From Bifidobacteriaceae bacterium (GTDB taxonomy: Bacteria > Actinomycetota > Actinomycetes > Actinomycetales > WQXJ01), in the NCBI GenBank assembly GCA_031278675.1, contig JAITJY010000082.1, positions 1 to 32,209 of the forward strand: DNA of 32,209 bases, written 5' to 3'. Below are positions 7,477-19,838 of the stretch, one piece after another. The notes below the pieces were generated by a model that saw nothing but the letters and a program-made list of their open reading frames with translations, did no database searches and had not been told where the DNA came from. Position 1 is the stretch's first letter. Every line of letters starts with the position of its first letter. Both the position numbers and the translations under genes were made by a program.

Positions 7477-9579
7477 TCACTCGCCCCGGGTCTTCTTTAT
7501 GATCTCCTCAGCAACGCTTCGGGGAACTTCAGCATAGCTGTCGAACTGCATCGTGTAGACCGCCCGCCCCTGGGTCTTGGAGCGGAGGTCCCCGACATAG
7601 CCGAACATGGTCGACAGAGGCACCCTGGCACGCACCACCTTGACGCCAGTCGCGTCCTCCATCGACTGAATGTGTCCCCGCCGTGAATTCAGGTCGCCGA
7701 TCACTTCACCCATGTACTTCTCTGGGGTCCGCACTTCGACGTCCATGATTGGTTCCAGCAGGGCCGGGTCGGCGCGTCTGGCGCCCTCACGGAACACCAT
7801 TGAGCCAGCCGTCTTGAAGGCCAATTCCGAAGAGTCGACATCATGATACTGCCCATCTAGCAGCGTGGCCTTCAGGCCCACGACAGGGTAGCCCGCGAGC
7901 GGGCCAGAACTCATCGCGTCCAGAATGCCGGCTTCAACCGACGGGATGTATTCCCGGGGCACACGGCCACCGACCACCTTGTTGACGAATTCGAACGTCG
8001 CTTCGCCGTCCAACGGCAACGGCTCGAACGAAACCTCAACCTTGGCGTATTGCCCGGAACCGCCGGTCTGCTTTTTGTGGGTGTAATCCACCTTGTCCAC
8101 CTTGCGGCGGATGGTTTCCCGGTAGGCCACCTGCGGCTTGCCGATGTTCGCTACCACTTTGAACTCGCGCCGCATCCGGTCAACCAGCACATCGAGATGC
8201 AACTCGCCCATCCCCGCAATGATGGTCTGGCCGGTGTCCTCATTCAGCGAGACACGGAAGGTCGGGTCTTCCTCGGCCAATTTCTGGATAGCGGTGGACA
8301 GTTTCTCTTGGTCACTGCGTGAATTCGGCTCGATGGCGACCTGGATAACCGGCTCCGGGAACGTCATGGACTCCAGGATCACCGGGTGTGTCTGGTCGCA
8401 CAGCGTGTCGCCGGTCGTGGTGTCTTTCAACCCGACCACAGCGTAAATGTGGCCCGCCGTGATGTCCGGCACTGGGTTTTCTTTGTTGGAGTGCATCTGG
8501 AACAGCTTGCCGATCCGTTCCTTGCGCGCTTTGGTGGAGTTCAGCACCTGAGCGCCCTGCGCCACGTGACCGGAGTAAACCCGCACGTAAGTCAGCTTAC
8601 CATAGAACGGATGTGCCACAACTTTGAACGCCAACCCAGCGAACGGCTCCTTAGCCGACGGCTCACGCACAATCTCGCGGGATTCATCCTTCGTATCAAA
8701 CCCGATCATTGGCGGAACCTCAAGCGGCGAAGGCAAATAGTCAATCACCGCATCCAGCATCGGCTGGACGCCCTTATTCTTGAACGCCGAACCACAAAAC
8801 ACCGGGAAGACCTCACCGGCCACGGTCATAGACCGCAAACCAGCCCTGATTTCAGCATTGCTCAAAGTCCCGGTCTCAAGGTACTTCTCCAACAACTCAT
8901 CAGAGGCCTCGGCAACCGCCTCAATCATCGCGGCGCGGTACTCCCCGGCCTGCTCCACCAAGTCTTCCGGAATGGGCTCAATCTTGTAGTCTTCGCCTTT
9001 TTGGACCTCGCCGGCCCATGTCAAAGCACGCATCTCCAACAGGTCAACCACACCACGGAAGGTATTCTCGGCGCCGATCGGCAACTGCATCACCACAGGG
9101 CGCGCACCCAAGCGGTCCACAATGGTCTTGACCGTGAAAAAGAAGTCTGCCCCGAGTTTGTCCATCTTGTTGACGAAGCAAATCCGCGGCACATTGTACT
9201 TGTCCGCCTGACGCCAGACCGTCTCCGACTGGGGCTCTACCCCCTCTTTGCCGTCGAAAACGGCAACGGCGCCATCGAGCACCCGCAGCGAACGTTCCAC
9301 CTCCACGGTGAAATCAACGTGCCCGGGCGTGTCGATGATGTTGATCTGATGATCTTTCCAAAAGCACGTGGTCGCCGCAGAAGTGATCGTAATGCCGCGT
9401 TCTTGTTCTTGCTCCATCCAATCCATGGTGGAGGCGCCATCGTGCGTTTCGCCGATCTTGTAGTTAATCCCCGTGTAGAACAAGATGCGTTCGGTCACAG
9501 TGGTCTTGCCGGCATCAATGTGCGCCATGATGCCGATATTGCGGACCTGCTTCAGGTCAGTCAGCACGTCGAGTGCCAA
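7477..9579 (-). CDS. fusA: Elongation factor G
   Basis: [43 protein letters not shown] start. Confidence 0.99.
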   Translation of the reverse strand: MALDVLTDLKQVRNIGIMAHIDAGKTTVTERILFYTGINYKIGETHDGASTMDWMEQEQERGITITSAATTCFWKDHQINIIDTPGHVDFTVEVERSLRVLDGAVAVFDGKEGVEPQSETVWRQADKYNVPRICFVNKMDKLGADFFFTVKTIVDRLGARPVVMQLPIGAENTFRGVVDLLEMRALTWAGEVQKGEDYKIEPIPEDLVEQAGEYRAAMIEAVAEASDELLEKYLETGTLSNAEIRAGLRSMTVAGEVFPVFCGSAFKNKGVQPMLDAVIDYLPSPLEVPPMIGFDTKDESREIVREPSAKEPFAGLAFKVVAHPFYGKLTYVRVYSGHVAQGAQVLNSTKARKERIGKLFQMHSNKENPVPDITAGHIYAVVGLKDTTTGDTLCDQTHPVILESMTFPEPVIQVAIEPNSRSDQEKLSTAIQKLAEEDPTFRVSLNEDTGQTIIAGMGELHLDVLVDRMRREFKVVANIGKPQVAYRETIRRKVDKVDYTHKKQTGGSGQYAKVEVSFEPLPLDGEATFEFVNKVVGGRVPREYIPSVEAGILDAMSSGPLAGYPVVGLKATLLDGQYHDVDSSELAFKTAGSMVFREGARRADPALLEPIMDVEVRTPEKYMGEVIGDLNSRRGHIQSMEDATGVKVVRARVPLSTMFGYVGDLRSKTQGRAVYTMQFDSYAEVPRSVAEEIIKKTRGE

Positions 9580-9645
9580 AGGAGTGTCCTTATCTCTCTC
9601 ATCTGCGTCTTTGGGCGAGCGCGCGGCACGCCCACCGCCTGGCGG

Positions 9646-10116
9646 TTACCAGCGGTAGTGGGCGAAGGCGCGGTTGGCCTCCGCCATCTTGTGGGTGTCT
9701 TCGCGGCGCTTGACGGCGGCGCCTAGGCCATTGGAGGCGTCGATGATCTCGTTCATCAGCCGCAGCGTCATGGTCTTTTCCCGCCGCGCCCGCGAATATC
9801 CCACGAGCCAGCGCAGCGACAAGGTGGTGGCCCGGCCTGGCTTGACCTCGACGGGCACCTGGTAGGTGGCGCCGCCCACCCGCCGGGATTTGACTTCCAA
9901 CGACGGCCGGATGTTATCCAACGCGCGCTTCAAAACGGTTACTGCGTCCGTGTCGGTCTTTTCTGCGGCGCCACGCAAAGCGCCGTACACAATCCCCTCA
10001 GCAATTGTTTTCTTGCCGTCCAGCAGTACCTTGTTGACTAGCTGGGTCACCAACGGACTGCCGTAGACCGGGTCTTGTACCAGTGGGCGCTTGGGCGCCG
10101 GGCCCTTCCTGGGCAT
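9646..10116 (-). CDS. rpsG: 30S ribosomal protein S7
   Basis: [10 protein letters not shown]..., [31 protein letters not shown] overlap with rpsL. Confidence 0.99.
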   Translation of the reverse strand: MPRKGPAPKRPLVQDPVYGSPLVTQLVNKVLLDGKKTIAEGIVYGALRGAAEKTDTDAVTVLKRALDNIRPSLEVKSRRVGGATYQVPVEVKPGRATTLSLRWLVGYSRARREKTMTLRLMNEIIDASNGLGAAVKRREDTHKMAEANRAFAHYRW

Positions 10117-10490
10117 TAGCTCTTCTCCTTCTTCGCGCCGTACCGTGACCGGGCTTGCTGGCGTCCGCGGACCCCTTGGGTGTCCAACGCGCCGCGCACA
10201 ATCTTGTACCGCACGCCGGGCAGGTCCCGCACGCGGCCGCCACGCACCAGCACAATCGAGTGTTCCTGCAGGTTGTGCCCCACCCCCGGGATATACGCCG
10301 TCACCTCCGTGCCGTTCGACAGCCTGACGCGCGCCACCTTACGCAGCGCCGAGTTCGGCTTTTTCGGAGTGGTGGTGTAAACGCGCGTGCAGACACCACG
10401 GCGTTGCGGGGATCCCTTCAAAGCAGGGGTCTTCGTTTTCCCTGCCTTGGCGGTCCGTCCCTTGCGGACCAACTGCTGGATAGTGGGCAC
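10116..10490 (-). CDS. rpsL: 30S ribosomal protein S12 (Arg at position 88)
   Basis: [43 protein letters not shown]. Confidence 0.99.
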   Translation of the reverse strand: MPTIQQLVRKGRTAKAGKTKTPALKGSPQRRGVCTRVYTTTPKKPNSALRKVARVRLSNGTEVTAYIPGVGHNLQEHSIVLVRGGRVRDLPGVRYKIVRGALDTQGVRGRQQARSRYGAKKEKS

Positions 10491-10581
10491 TGGCTCTCCA
10501 TCTTGGTTTGGTTACGGAAAAGTGGTTTGAGTGCGCGCGAGCGCGCAACGGCGACCCGCTAAGGCGGGCACACGAGCAGTT

Positions 10582-10611
10582 AGCGTACATCCCCAGTTCA
10601 CGCCACGTCAA
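10582..10611 (-). promoter_or_regulatory. Housekeeping-sigma promoter of the str operon
   Basis: TTGACG-N18-TACGCT, ~90 nt upstream of rpsL. Confidence 0.7.
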
Positions 10612-10855
10612 AGCGGGAGGTAGTACGCCCGCCGCACGATGCCGTTTCCCCCGATCCGGGACCGCCCGCCGCCCAACGCACCCCCGGATAGGCTAACCGC
10701 CCGCCGATGCCGTGCCTGCCGTGAAGGGGACCGACCGCCGCCCAGCATGTGCCGGACGGCATCGGCCCATCGCCAAGCGCTAAGTCCCGAAGGACCGGGG
10801 CGGGGTCGCCGCCGACACCGCGCCGCCCCCGGGCAGCATCAGCGGCGCTTCGCCC

Positions 10856-13800
10856 CTACTCGGCGAAGTCGTCAAAGTCGAGTGCACCCAAGTCTTCGAG
10901 CAGGATGTCGTCGGTACCCAATGTGGGGTAGTCGACAATCTCCTCATAGCCGAAGGCCGGATACAGTTCGGCTTTTGCTTCTTCTGTTGGTTCCACCACG
11001 ACCGACCGGTAGCGCGGCAAACCGGTACCAGCCGGTATCAGTTTACCTATAATCACGTTCTCTTTCAGCCCCAGCAACGGATCCTGCTTGCCAGAAATCG
11101 CTGCTTCGGTCAAAACCCTGGTGGTTTCCTGGAAGGACGCAGCGGACAGCCAGGAATCAGTCGCCAAGGACGCCTTGGTGATACCCATCAACTCGGGGCG
11201 CCCCTGGGCGCCCTGACCGCCTTCTGCCAACACGCGCCGGTTCTCATCCTCGAACCGGTCACGGGCCACCAACTCGCCTGGCAGCAGGTTCGTGTCGTTC
11301 GGCTCAAGCACGGTCACGCGGCGCAGCATCTGCCGCACAATGACCTCAATATGCTTGTCGTGGATGTCCACGCCCTGAGAGCGGTAAACCTCCTGGACCT
11401 CATGCACCAGGTGTTCCTGAGTTTTCCGCGGCCCTTGGACGCGCAGGACCTTCTTCGGGTCCACAGCGCCCTGGGTGAGGGGCTGCCCCACTTCGACATG
11501 GTCGCCATCGGCCACCCGCAAACGCTGCCGCTTCGAGACCGTGTACGGATGCTCCAAGCCGTCCTGATCAGTGATGATGATCTGACGCAAGCGATCCGAA
11601 TCATCAATCTTGATCTTGCCGGAAGCTTCCGCGATCGGGGCCTCGCCCTTCGGGGTGCGCGCCTCGAACAACTCCTGGACGCGGGGCAAACCCTGCGTGA
11701 TGTCATCCGCAGCGGCCACACCGCCGGTGTGGAAGGTGCGCATCGTCAACTGAGTGCCAGGTTCGCCGATCGACTGAGCCGCAATAATCCCGACCGCCTC
11801 ACCGATATCAACCAGTTTCCCGGTCGCCAACGAACGGCCATAGCACATGGCACAAGTCCCGACTCGCGATTCGCAGGTCAGCACCGAACGCACCTTGACC
11901 TCGGTGACGCCCGCCGCGATCAGCGCATCGATCATCACATCGCCGGCATCCATCCCGACCTCCGCCAACACCTCACCGTCCGCGTTTTCCACGTCAGTGG
12001 CGAGCGTCCGCGCAAACACAGAAGTCTCCACCTTGGGGTGGCGCCGCACCTTGCCGTCCGCACTGACCTGCGAGATCGGCAAGACCAGCCCCCGTTCCGT
12101 CCCGCAGTCTTCCTCGCGCACAATCACGTCTTGCGACACATCCACCAAGCGCCGCGTCAAATACCCCGAGTCGGCTGTCCGCAGAGCAGTGTCCGCCAGG
12201 CCCTTGCGGGCACCGTGGGTCGCAATGAAGTACTCCACCACAGACAAGCCCTCGCGGTAGTTCGACTTGATTGGCCGCGGAATGATCTCACCCTTCGGGT
12301 CCGCCACCAGCCCACGCATACCCGCGATCTGGCGAACCTGCATCCAGTTGCCGCGCGCCCCCGAAGAAACCATCCGGTAGACGGTGTTGCGTTCAGGGAA
12401 GTTGGCCCGCATCGCCTCATCGACTTCGTCGGTCGCTTTGGTCCAGATCTCGATCAGTTCATGACGGCGTTCTTCGTCAGTGATCAGGCCCTCGTCATAC
12501 TGCTCCTGGACGGATTCGGCTTGCGCCTCATACCGGTTCAAGATGTCTTGTTTCGCGGCCGGAGCCACCACATCGCTGAAGCTGATCGTCACACCAGACC
12601 GCGTGGCCCAGTGGAACCCGGCCTCCTTCAATGCGTCCAGCGCAGCCGCCACCTCCACCTTGGGATACTTCTCCGCCAGATCATTGACGATAGAACTGAG
12701 CCCACTCTTATCCACCATCTCGTTGACATACGGATAGTCCACCGGCAACGCGTCGTTGAACAGCGCCCGGCCCAAAGTGGTTTCCAGATCCACCGATTCA
12801 GGACCAATATTCGGGTCTTCGGCACCCGGTTCCGCCGGACGGATATAGTCCGCGATCCGGATCGTGACCTTGGCACCCAAAGCCAACTCGCCGGCATCGT
12901 GCGCCATAATCGCCTCCGCCGGGGAGGCAAACCGGCGGCCCTCACCGGGCGTACCGTCAAGCTGGGTGGTCAAATGGTTGATCCCGATAATCATGTCCTG
13001 GGTTGGGATGGTCACCGGGCGGCCATCCGACGGCTTCAAAATGTTGTTCGAACTCAGCATCAAGATGCGAGCCTCAGCCTGCGCTTCAGCCGAAAGCGGC
13101 AGGTGGACCGCCATCTGGTCGCCGTCGAAGTCCGCGTTGAACGCGCCACACACCAGCGGATGCAGGTGGATCGCCTTGCCCTCGACCAGTTGCGGCTCGA
13201 ACGCCTGAATACCTAACCGGTGCAGCGTGGGCGCCCGGTTGAGCAGCACCGGGTGCTCCGTGATGACCTCTTCCAGCACGTCCCACACCACCGACTGCTG
13301 GCGTTCGACCATTTTTTTCGCATTCTTGATGTTCTGCGAATGCTGGAGTTCTACCAGCCGCTTCATCACGAACGGTTTGAACAACTCCAACGCCATTGCT
13401 TTAGGCAACCCGCACTGGTGCAGTTTCAGGGTTGGCCCAACCACAATCACAGACCGGCCCGAATAGTCCACCCGCTTACCCAACAGGTTCTGACGGAACC
13501 GGCCTTGCTTGCCTTTCAGCATGTCGCTGATCGACTTCAAAGGGCGGTTACCAGGACCGGTCACCGGGCGGCCGCGCCGGCCGTTGTCGAACAACGAATC
13601 GACCGCTTCTTGGAGCATCCGCTTCTCGTTGTTGACAATGATTTCTGGCGCACCCAGGTCCAACAGCCGCTTGAGCCGGTTATTCCGGTTGATCACACGG
13701 CGGTACAGGTCATTCAGGTCGGATGTGGCGAAACGGCCGCCATCCAACTGGACCATGGGACGCAGATCCGGCGGGATCACCGGGATGCAATCCAACACCA

Positions 13801-14734
13801 TGCCCTCCGGGCGGTTGTCGGTCTGAAGAAACGCATTAACCACCCGCAGGCGCTTGAGCGCCCGAATCTTGCGCTGACCCTTACCCGTTTTGATGATCTC
13901 GCGCAGAACTTGCGACTCTGTTTCTAGATCAAAAGTTTCCAACCGGCGCTGGATCGCGCCAGCACCCATCGCGCCTTTGAAATAGTTACCGAACCGGTCT
14001 TGCATAGCCCGGTAGAGCAGCTCATCGCCTTCGAGATCAGCGACCTTCAGGTTGGCGAACCGGTCCCAGATCGCATCCAGCCGATCCGTTTCCTTCTTCG
14101 CCCGGTCACGGATCGCCGCCAATTCACGCTTCGCGGAATTATCCACCTTGCGCGCCGCCGCCGCTTTCGCCCCAGCCGCCTCAAGTTCCTTCAAGTCGGC
14201 TTGGAGTTTGTTCAGGCGGGCATCCAGCGCCAGGTCGGCTTCCGTTTGGATCTTGGACTTTTCCAACTCGATCTGATTGTGCAACGAGTCGAAGTCCTCC
14301 GCGCGGCCCTCTTCGTCCACATCAGTGATCATGTAAGCAGCGAAGTAGATGACCTTCTCCAGGTCCTTCGGCGCCAAATCCAACAAATAGCCCAGACGTG
14401 ACGGCACACCCTTGAAGTACCAGATGTGCGTCACCGGCGCAGCCAACTCAATGTGGCCCATCCGTTCCCGGCGCACCTTGGAACGAGTCACTTCCACGCC
14501 ACACCGCTCGCAGATGATCCCCTTGAACCGGACACGCTTATACTTCCCGCAAGAGCACTCCCAGTCCCTGGTCGGCCCGAAGATCTTCTCGCAGAACAAG
14601 CCTTCCTTCTCCGGCTTGAGCGTGCGGTAGTTGATTGTCTCAGGCTTCTTGACCTCGCCATGCGACCAGCTACGGATGTCATCCGCCGTGGCCAAACCGA
14701 TCTTGATTCCGTCGAAGATGTTGACGTCCAGCAA
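10856..14734 (-). CDS. rpoC: RNA polymerase beta' subunit
   Basis: Zn-finger C.CGKY...C.RC, catalytic [25 protein letters not shown] with RBS AGGAAGG. Confidence 0.99.
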   Translation of the reverse strand: MLDVNIFDGIKIGLATADDIRSWSHGEVKKPETINYRTLKPEKEGLFCEKIFGPTRDWECSCGKYKRVRFKGIICERCGVEVTRSKVRRERMGHIELAAPVTHIWYFKGVPSRLGYLLDLAPKDLEKVIYFAAYMITDVDEEGRAEDFDSLHNQIELEKSKIQTEADLALDARLNKLQADLKELEAAGAKAAAARKVDNSAKRELAAIRDRAKKETDRLDAIWDRFANLKVADLEGDELLYRAMQDRFGNYFKGAMGAGAIQRRLETFDLETESQVLREIIKTGKGQRKIRALKRLRVVNAFLQTDNRPEGMVLDCIPVIPPDLRPMVQLDGGRFATSDLNDLYRRVINRNNRLKRLLDLGAPEIIVNNEKRMLQEAVDSLFDNGRRGRPVTGPGNRPLKSISDMLKGKQGRFRQNLLGKRVDYSGRSVIVVGPTLKLHQCGLPKAMALELFKPFVMKRLVELQHSQNIKNAKKMVERQQSVVWDVLEEVITEHPVLLNRAPTLHRLGIQAFEPQLVEGKAIHLHPLVCGAFNADFDGDQMAVHLPLSAEAQAEARILMLSSNNILKPSDGRPVTIPTQDMIIGINHLTTQLDGTPGEGRRFASPAEAIMAHDAGELALGAKVTIRIADYIRPAEPGAEDPNIGPESVDLETTLGRALFNDALPVDYPYVNEMVDKSGLSSIVNDLAEKYPKVEVAAALDALKEAGFHWATRSGVTISFSDVVAPAAKQDILNRYEAQAESVQEQYDEGLITDEERRHELIEIWTKATDEVDEAMRANFPERNTVYRMVSSGARGNWMQVRQIAGMRGLVADPKGEIIPRPIKSNYREGLSVVEYFIATHGARKGLADTALRTADSGYLTRRLVDVSQDVIVREEDCGTERGLVLPISQVSADGKVRRHPKVETSVFARTLATDVENADGEVLAEVGMDAGDVMIDALIAAGVTEVKVRSVLTCESRVGTCAMCYGRSLATGKLVDIGEAVGIIAAQSIGEPGTQLTMRTFHTGGVAAADDITQGLPRVQELFEARTPKGEAPIAEASGKIKIDDSDRLRQIIITDQDGLEHPYTVSKRQRLRVADGDHVEVGQPLTQGAVDPKKVLRVQGPRKTQEHLVHEVQEVYRSQGVDIHDKHIEVIVRQMLRRVTVLEPNDTNLLPGELVARDRFEDENRRVLAEGGQGAQGRPELMGITKASLATDSWLSAASFQETTRVLTEAAISGKQDPLLGLKENVIIGKLIPAGTGLPRYRSVVVEPTEEAKAELYPAFGYEEIVDYPTLGTDDILLEDLGALDFDDFAE

Positions 14735-14774
14735 GTCAGTCCCTTCCTTTATTAATACTTTCTAGTTTTGTGTG

Positions 14775-14796
14775 GGGGCGGCCCTAGGGCCGCCCC
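14775..14796. other. Perfect 22-bp palindrome between rpoB and rpoC (stem-loop with no U-tract on the coding strand)
   Basis: GGGGCGGCCCTAGGGCCGCCCC. Confidence 0.6.
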
Positions 14797-14871
14797 TTCA
14801 GTCCAATCAACCCTCAGTCCAACCCGGCTGAGCCCAACTAGCCCCAGCCCAGGCGACCGGAGCCTCAGGGC

Positions 14872-17800
14872 TCAGATCTCGTCAATTGAGGACGCATCCG
14901 GACGGCGGGCCAAGTCAATCCCCAGCTCTTCAGCAGCCCGGTAGACCTCATCATCCGAGTCACGCATCTCAATCACCTCGCCGTCCGCCGACAACACATC
15001 CACATTCAGGCACAGCGACTTCATCTCCTGCATCAACACCCGGAACGATTCAGGTATGCCCGGTTCGTGGACGTTTTCACCCTTGACGATCGCCTCATAG
15101 ACCTTGACCCGGCCCACCACGTCATCAGACTTGATAGTCAACAACTCTTGTAGGGCATAAGCGGCACCATAGGCCTCCAACGCCCACACCTCCATCTCGC
15201 CGAACCGCTGACCACCGAACTGGGCCTTACCGCCCAGCGGCTGCTGCGTGATCATTGAATACGGACCAGTCGACCGGGCATGAATCTTGTCATCCACCAG
15301 GTGATGCAGTTTCAAGATATACATCTCCCCGACCGCCACCGGCTCCGGGAACGGCTCGCCGCTGCGGCCATCGAACAGCATCGCCTTGCCATCCTGATCC
15401 ACCAGCCGCTGGCCATCCCGGTTCGGGATAGTCGACGCCAGCAGACCGGTCAACTCGTCTTCACGGACGCCATCGAACACCGGCGTGGCGATCGGCTGGC
15501 CGGGCGGGGCCTCCAACACCGCCGGACCCAACCGGCGAGCCCACTCAGCAGACGTGTCTTCCACCTTCCAACCGCGCGACGCAATCCACCCCATGTGGAG
15601 TTCCAGCACCTGACCCACATTCATGCGGCCTGGCACACCCAGCGGGTTCAAGATCACATCAACCGGCGTGCCATCCTCCAAGAACGGCATGTCCTCGACC
15701 GGCAGAATCTTCGAGATCACACCCTTATTGCCGTGACGGCCCGCCAGCTTGTCGCCGTCCGTGATCTTACGCCGCTGCGCAATGTGGACCCGCACCACCT
15801 GGTTGACGCCGGGGGCCAGCTCGTCGCCATCGTCCTTGGAGAACTCCCGCACCCCAATCACCGTGCCGGACTCACCGTGCGGCACCTTCAGGGACGTGTC
15901 ACGGACCTCCTTGACCTTCTCGCCGAAGATCGCGCGGAGCAACCGCTCCTCCGGAGTCAACTCCGTCTCACCCTTCGGGGTGACCTTGCCGACCAGCACA
16001 TCACCCGCCTGGACCTCCGCACCAATCCGGATAATCCCGCGTTCATCCAGGTCAGCGAGAGATTCCTCCGGGGCGTTCGGGATGTCCCGGGTGATTTCCT
16101 CAGCACCCAACTTGGTGTCGCGGGCATCTACTTCGTGTTCTTCGATATGGATTGAGCTGAGGATGTCATCTTGGACCAGACGCTGCGACAAGATGATCGC
16201 ATCCTCATAGTTGTGGCCCTCCCAACTCATGAACGCCACCAGCAAGTTGCGGCCCAACGCCAATTCGCCCTGGTCCGTCGATGGACCATCCGCCAGCACT
16301 TGGCCAGCTTTGATCTCATCGCCTTCATCCACCACAACCCGCTGGTTATAGCTGGTGCCCTGGTTGGAACGTTGGAACTTGGCGACCCGGTAGACCCGTT
16401 CGGAGCCGTCCACACCATCCACGGTGATCGCATCCGCGCTGACCTCCCGGACAATGCCGTCCTTGTCAGCGATGATCACGTCGCCCGCATCAATCGCCGC
16501 CCGCAACTCCATGCCGGTGCCCACCAGCGGCGTTTCGGAGCGGACCAGCGGCACAGCCTGGCGCTGCATGTTGGCGCCCATCAACGCGCGGTTGGCGTCA
16601 TCATGCTCCAAGAACGGAATCATGGCGGTACCCACCGACACCATTTGGCGCGGCGAAACATCCATGTAGGACACATCCGAGGCGTGCACATACTCCACTT
16701 CGCCGCCGCGGGTGCGGGCCAAGACGCGCTCCTCGACAAACGTGCCGTCCGCCTCTAGGGGGGCGTTGGCTTGCGCTATGACGTAACGGTCTTCGTCATC
16801 GGCCGTCAAGTAGCGGACTTCGTCCGTCACCCGACCCGCCGTCACCACCCGGTACGGGGTTTCGATAAACCCGTACGGGTTGATCCGCCCATACGTCGCC
16901 AGCGAACCGATCAGCCCAATGTTGGGACCCTCAGGAGTCTCAATGGGGCACATCCGGCCGTAGTGCGAGGGGTGAACGTCCCGGACTTCCATGCCGGCCC
17001 TATCCCGGCTCAGCCCGCCTGGGCCCAGCGCCGAGAGGCGCCGCTTGTGCGTCAGACCGGCCAACGGGTTGTTTTGATCCATGAACTGGGATAGCTGAGA
17101 CGTGCCGAAGAACTCTTTGATCGCGGCCACCACTGGGCGGATGTTGATCAGGGTCTGCGGTGTGATCGCCTCCACGTCCTGGGTGGTCATGCGTTCCCGC
17201 ACCACCCGCTCCATCCTGGACAACCCAGTCCTGACCTGATTTTGGATCAGTTCGCCGACCGCCCGGATGCGCCGGTTACCGAAGTGATCAATGTCATCGG
17301 TTTCCACCCGCACCGTGTTCGCTTCTCCGGCCAGTTCTTGGTCACCGGCGTGGAGCGCCGCCAGATACTTGATGGTGGCGATGATGTCTTCGACCCGCAA
17401 CGTGGATGACTTGGTGGCGGGGTCCAACCCGAGTTTGCGGTTGACCTTGTAGCGCCCCACCTTGGCCAAGTCGTACCGCTTCGAGTTCAGGTAGAACGTG
17501 TCCAGCAGGTTGCGGCCGGCTTCGACTGTGGGCGGTTCGCCCGGCCGGATCTTCCGGTAGATGTCAACCAGTGCTAGCTGCTGGATTTTCTCTTTGATCT
17601 CATCTGGGACCGTCAGGTTCTTGACCTCGTTGGATTCGGCCGAGATGTTGTCCCGCGCCAGTGTCTCCAAGACCGCTGGGAAATCCTTGAACGCGACCTT
17701 GATCTCTTCTTCCGTGACACCCAGTGCCTTGAGGAAGATGGTCACCGACTGCTTACGTTTGCGGTCGATCCGCACGCCTACCGTGTCGCGTTTGTCGATC

Positions 17801-18411
17801 TCGAACTCCAGCCAGGCTCCCCGCGATGGGATGATCTTGGCGGAAAAGACGTCCTTATCGGATGACTTGTCCTGGCTCTTCTCGAAGTAGACCCCCGGCG
17901 AACGCACCAACTGCGAGACCACCACCCGCTCGGTGCCGTTGATGATGAACGTGCCCTTGTCCGTCATCAGGGGGAAGTCCCCCATGAACACCGTCTGCGA
18001 CTTGATTTCGCCTGTCGAGTAGTTGACGAACTCCGCCGTGACGAACAGCGGCGCCGAGTACGTGAAATCTTTGTCTTTGCACTGCTCAGCCGTCCATTTG
18101 GGCGGCTCGAAGCGAGACTGCCGGAAAGACAGCGCCATGGACTGTGAGAAGTCCTCGATGGGGCTGATCTCCGTGAAGATCTCCTCCAGGCCGGCCGTTT
18201 CCGGCACTCCCCCCAGCCCTTGATCTTGGGCTTGTGCGAGCCGTGCCCGCCAGTGGTCGTTGCCGATCAGCCAGTCGAACGAGTCCCGCTGTAGCCCCAG
18301 CAAGTCCGGGACTTCCAGCGGTTCGTGGATTTTGGCGAAAGAAAGTCTTCCTGATCCGTTGATTGATGCGTTAGCGTCTATGGTTGTACGTGGGATGCGC
18401 GAGGCAGCCAA
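14872..18411 (-). CDS. rpoB: RNA polymerase beta subunit
   Basis: [55 protein letters not shown] at 18411 with RBS GGAGG, preferred over 18474. Confidence 0.99.
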   Translation of the reverse strand: MAASRIPRTTIDANASINGSGRLSFAKIHEPLEVPDLLGLQRDSFDWLIGNDHWRARLAQAQDQGLGGVPETAGLEEIFTEISPIEDFSQSMALSFRQSRFEPPKWTAEQCKDKDFTYSAPLFVTAEFVNYSTGEIKSQTVFMGDFPLMTDKGTFIINGTERVVVSQLVRSPGVYFEKSQDKSSDKDVFSAKIIPSRGAWLEFEIDKRDTVGVRIDRKRKQSVTIFLKALGVTEEEIKVAFKDFPAVLETLARDNISAESNEVKNLTVPDEIKEKIQQLALVDIYRKIRPGEPPTVEAGRNLLDTFYLNSKRYDLAKVGRYKVNRKLGLDPATKSSTLRVEDIIATIKYLAALHAGDQELAGEANTVRVETDDIDHFGNRRIRAVGELIQNQVRTGLSRMERVVRERMTTQDVEAITPQTLINIRPVVAAIKEFFGTSQLSQFMDQNNPLAGLTHKRRLSALGPGGLSRDRAGMEVRDVHPSHYGRMCPIETPEGPNIGLIGSLATYGRINPYGFIETPYRVVTAGRVTDEVRYLTADDEDRYVIAQANAPLEADGTFVEERVLARTRGGEVEYVHASDVSYMDVSPRQMVSVGTAMIPFLEHDDANRALMGANMQRQAVPLVRSETPLVGTGMELRAAIDAGDVIIADKDGIVREVSADAITVDGVDGSERVYRVAKFQRSNQGTSYNQRVVVDEGDEIKAGQVLADGPSTDQGELALGRNLLVAFMSWEGHNYEDAIILSQRLVQDDILSSIHIEEHEVDARDTKLGAEEITRDIPNAPEESLADLDERGIIRIGAEVQAGDVLVGKVTPKGETELTPEERLLRAIFGEKVKEVRDTSLKVPHGESGTVIGVREFSKDDGDELAPGVNQVVRVHIAQRRKITDGDKLAGRHGNKGVISKILPVEDMPFLEDGTPVDVILNPLGVPGRMNVGQVLELHMGWIASRGWKVEDTSAEWARRLGPAVLEAPPGQPIATPVFDGVREDELTGLLASTIPNRDGQRLVDQDGKAMLFDGRSGEPFPEPVAVGEMYILKLHHLVDDKIHARSTGPYSMITQQPLGGKAQFGGQRFGEMEVWALEAYGAAYALQELLTIKSDDVVGRVKVYEAIVKGENVHEPGIPESFRVLMQEMKSLCLNVDVLSADGEVIEMRDSDDEVYRAAEELGIDLARRPDASSIDEI

Positions 18412-18499
18412 GGTCCCTCCCGAAGTGGAAAATGCACGCGGCGCAGCACTGGGGCTCAAACATTGAGTGGGCAAGAGGCACAGGACAGCGCAAGGAGCT

Positions 18500-18528
18500 A
18501 GTCTAGTCCAAGTTTTTGCGTTTGTCCA
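18500..18528 (-). promoter_or_regulatory. Housekeeping-sigma promoter of rpoBC
   Basis: TGGACA-N17-TAGACT, ~90 nt upstream of the rpoB TTG. Confidence 0.7.
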
Positions 18529-18550
18529 CAGCCGCTCAGCGACCAGCCAG

Positions 18551-18645
18551 CACGCCCCACGCCCGATGCCGTCCCCCGCCTACCGCCGCTCCCCACCGTT
18601 TCGGTACCACCCCGCACGCCCCCACGCCCGATGCCGTCCCCCCGC
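18551..18645. repeat. Two direct copies of CACGCCCC(C)ACGCCCGATGCCGTCCCCC
   Basis: Copies near 18551 and 18615; they contain the dispersed CGATGCCGT motif. Confidence 0.75.
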
Positions 18646-18814
18646 ATCCCGTAGCTCCCCACCGCACCCCGGGGTTAGTGGTACGGCCAGCCACCAATCC
18701 CGGTCCCGCGCCTGGCAAGACCGCCGCCAACCCACCGTCCCGATGAGTTGGCCAGCAGCCCTAGTGCCCTTCGCTGCCCCAGCTACCCCATTCTGCGGCG
18801 GCCGCCCCGGGGTC

Positions 18815-18843
18815 TTGTCGCCCGCAAGGCTCGCCCGTAGCAT
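18815..18843 (+). promoter_or_regulatory. Putative promoter for the downstream membrane-protein gene
   Basis: TTGTCG-N17-TAGCAT, then RBS AGGAGG and GTG at 18892. Confidence 0.55.
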
Positions 18844-18891
18844 GGTCTTGGCGATAGCCCGCCAAACCTGTTAAGCCAGGAGGACACAACC

Positions 18892-19478
18892 GTGAGTCAG
18901 CCACCTGACGGAAGTTTTTTCGGACCGCCCGCGCCTGGCGGTTACCCGATGGGAACCGATGGCCGGCAGCCAGCCCTGGCGCCGCCATCCCCGGGGACGT
19001 GTTCGCCCACCCCCAGTTCGCCGCGCCCGCGCCGCAGCTACCGCCTCCCCTCCCGCCCAAGGCCCGCAGGCGGCGCGTCCCGATCGCGATTGCCGCCATC
19101 ATCGCAGTGGTCGCAGCGACGGTCGGTGGGTTTCTGATCTGGCGCTCGGGCAGCGGCGACCTGGTCGAGTACTGCGCCGCGCACAAGAGGGGCGTCGACC
19201 GTCCCGGTATCACCTTGTTCGATAAGCAAGCCCTTGAGGAACTCATGGCCGCCGCGCCCAGAGAACTGAGGGGAGACTTCAAGGCTTTGCGCGCGTTCGT
19301 CGAGGAAGAACCCGATTTGGTTGCCCTCATCGAGGCGGCTGACACGCTGACCGAATCCGAGAAGGCGGCCGCGAATAAACTCCTAGACGACGCCAACAAG
19401 AAATACGGCCAGACGGAAGCGATGACGCGCATCGCGTACCACATCGTCGATACCTGCAAAGACGGCAAACCGAAGTGA
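18892..19478 (+). CDS. Pro-rich single-pass membrane protein, apparently split by a 1-nt frameshift near 18989-18996
   Basis: The strong RBS serves 18892 (MSQPPDGSFFGPPAPGGYP...), but the RRRR+TM+helical domain with a Cys pair lies in the 18999-19478 frame. One extra base in CCCCGGGG fuses them. Confidence 0.6.
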
Positions 19479-19838
19479 CCCTCAGGTGCGCGCCACCTCA
19501 AGTCCCGCCGGCCAGGGCCCCCGGCCCGTCGCTCCGCACGGGACCGCCGCCCCTGGCCGAACCCGGCGAACCGGCAGACCCGGGTTCAATCTCTTCTCCG
19601 CGCAAGTCGTTGCGGCTCGCGCTGGTTGATTCCGTAGTGCCGGGAATGCCGCTCCCAGCGACTTTCAAGTCGCCATCAACTGTTTGACATCCGCAGGGGT
19701 CCACACTGTCCCGTCGTCGAACCTGAACTCCCCTTTTTCGTCACATCGACAGGGACCGTCAGCATGTGTCGCCAACGCCCCAGGGGCGCATGCTTTGACC
19801 CCCGGGAGCCCCTTGACCTGGCTCGGCCGACTGAAGGG

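Noticed and set aside
14775-14796. Terminator/attenuator between rpoB and rpoC
   Set aside because: No U-tract on the transcribed strand; kept only as a stem-loop.
6362-17094. Long plus-strand ORFs (e.g. 6362-7474, 8386-9726, 11351-13216, 15280-16155)
   Set aside because: Antisense shadows of tuf/fusA/rpoC/rpoB, expected from high-GC codon bias; no recognisable motifs.
17020-17115. Rifampicin-resistance substitutions in RpoB
   Set aside because: The RRDR has the susceptible-type Q, D, H, S and L residues.
18761-19501. 246-aa minus-strand ORF
   Set aside because: Antisense to the better-supported plus-strand membrane protein, which has a promoter, RBS and TM.
19498-19838. Small ORFs after pilC (incl. 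an in-frame post-stop stretch ...FRFDDGTVWTPADVK) as pilin or read-through product
   Set aside because: No prepilin motif or TM, no RBS, TAA stop; at most an unidentifiable remnant.
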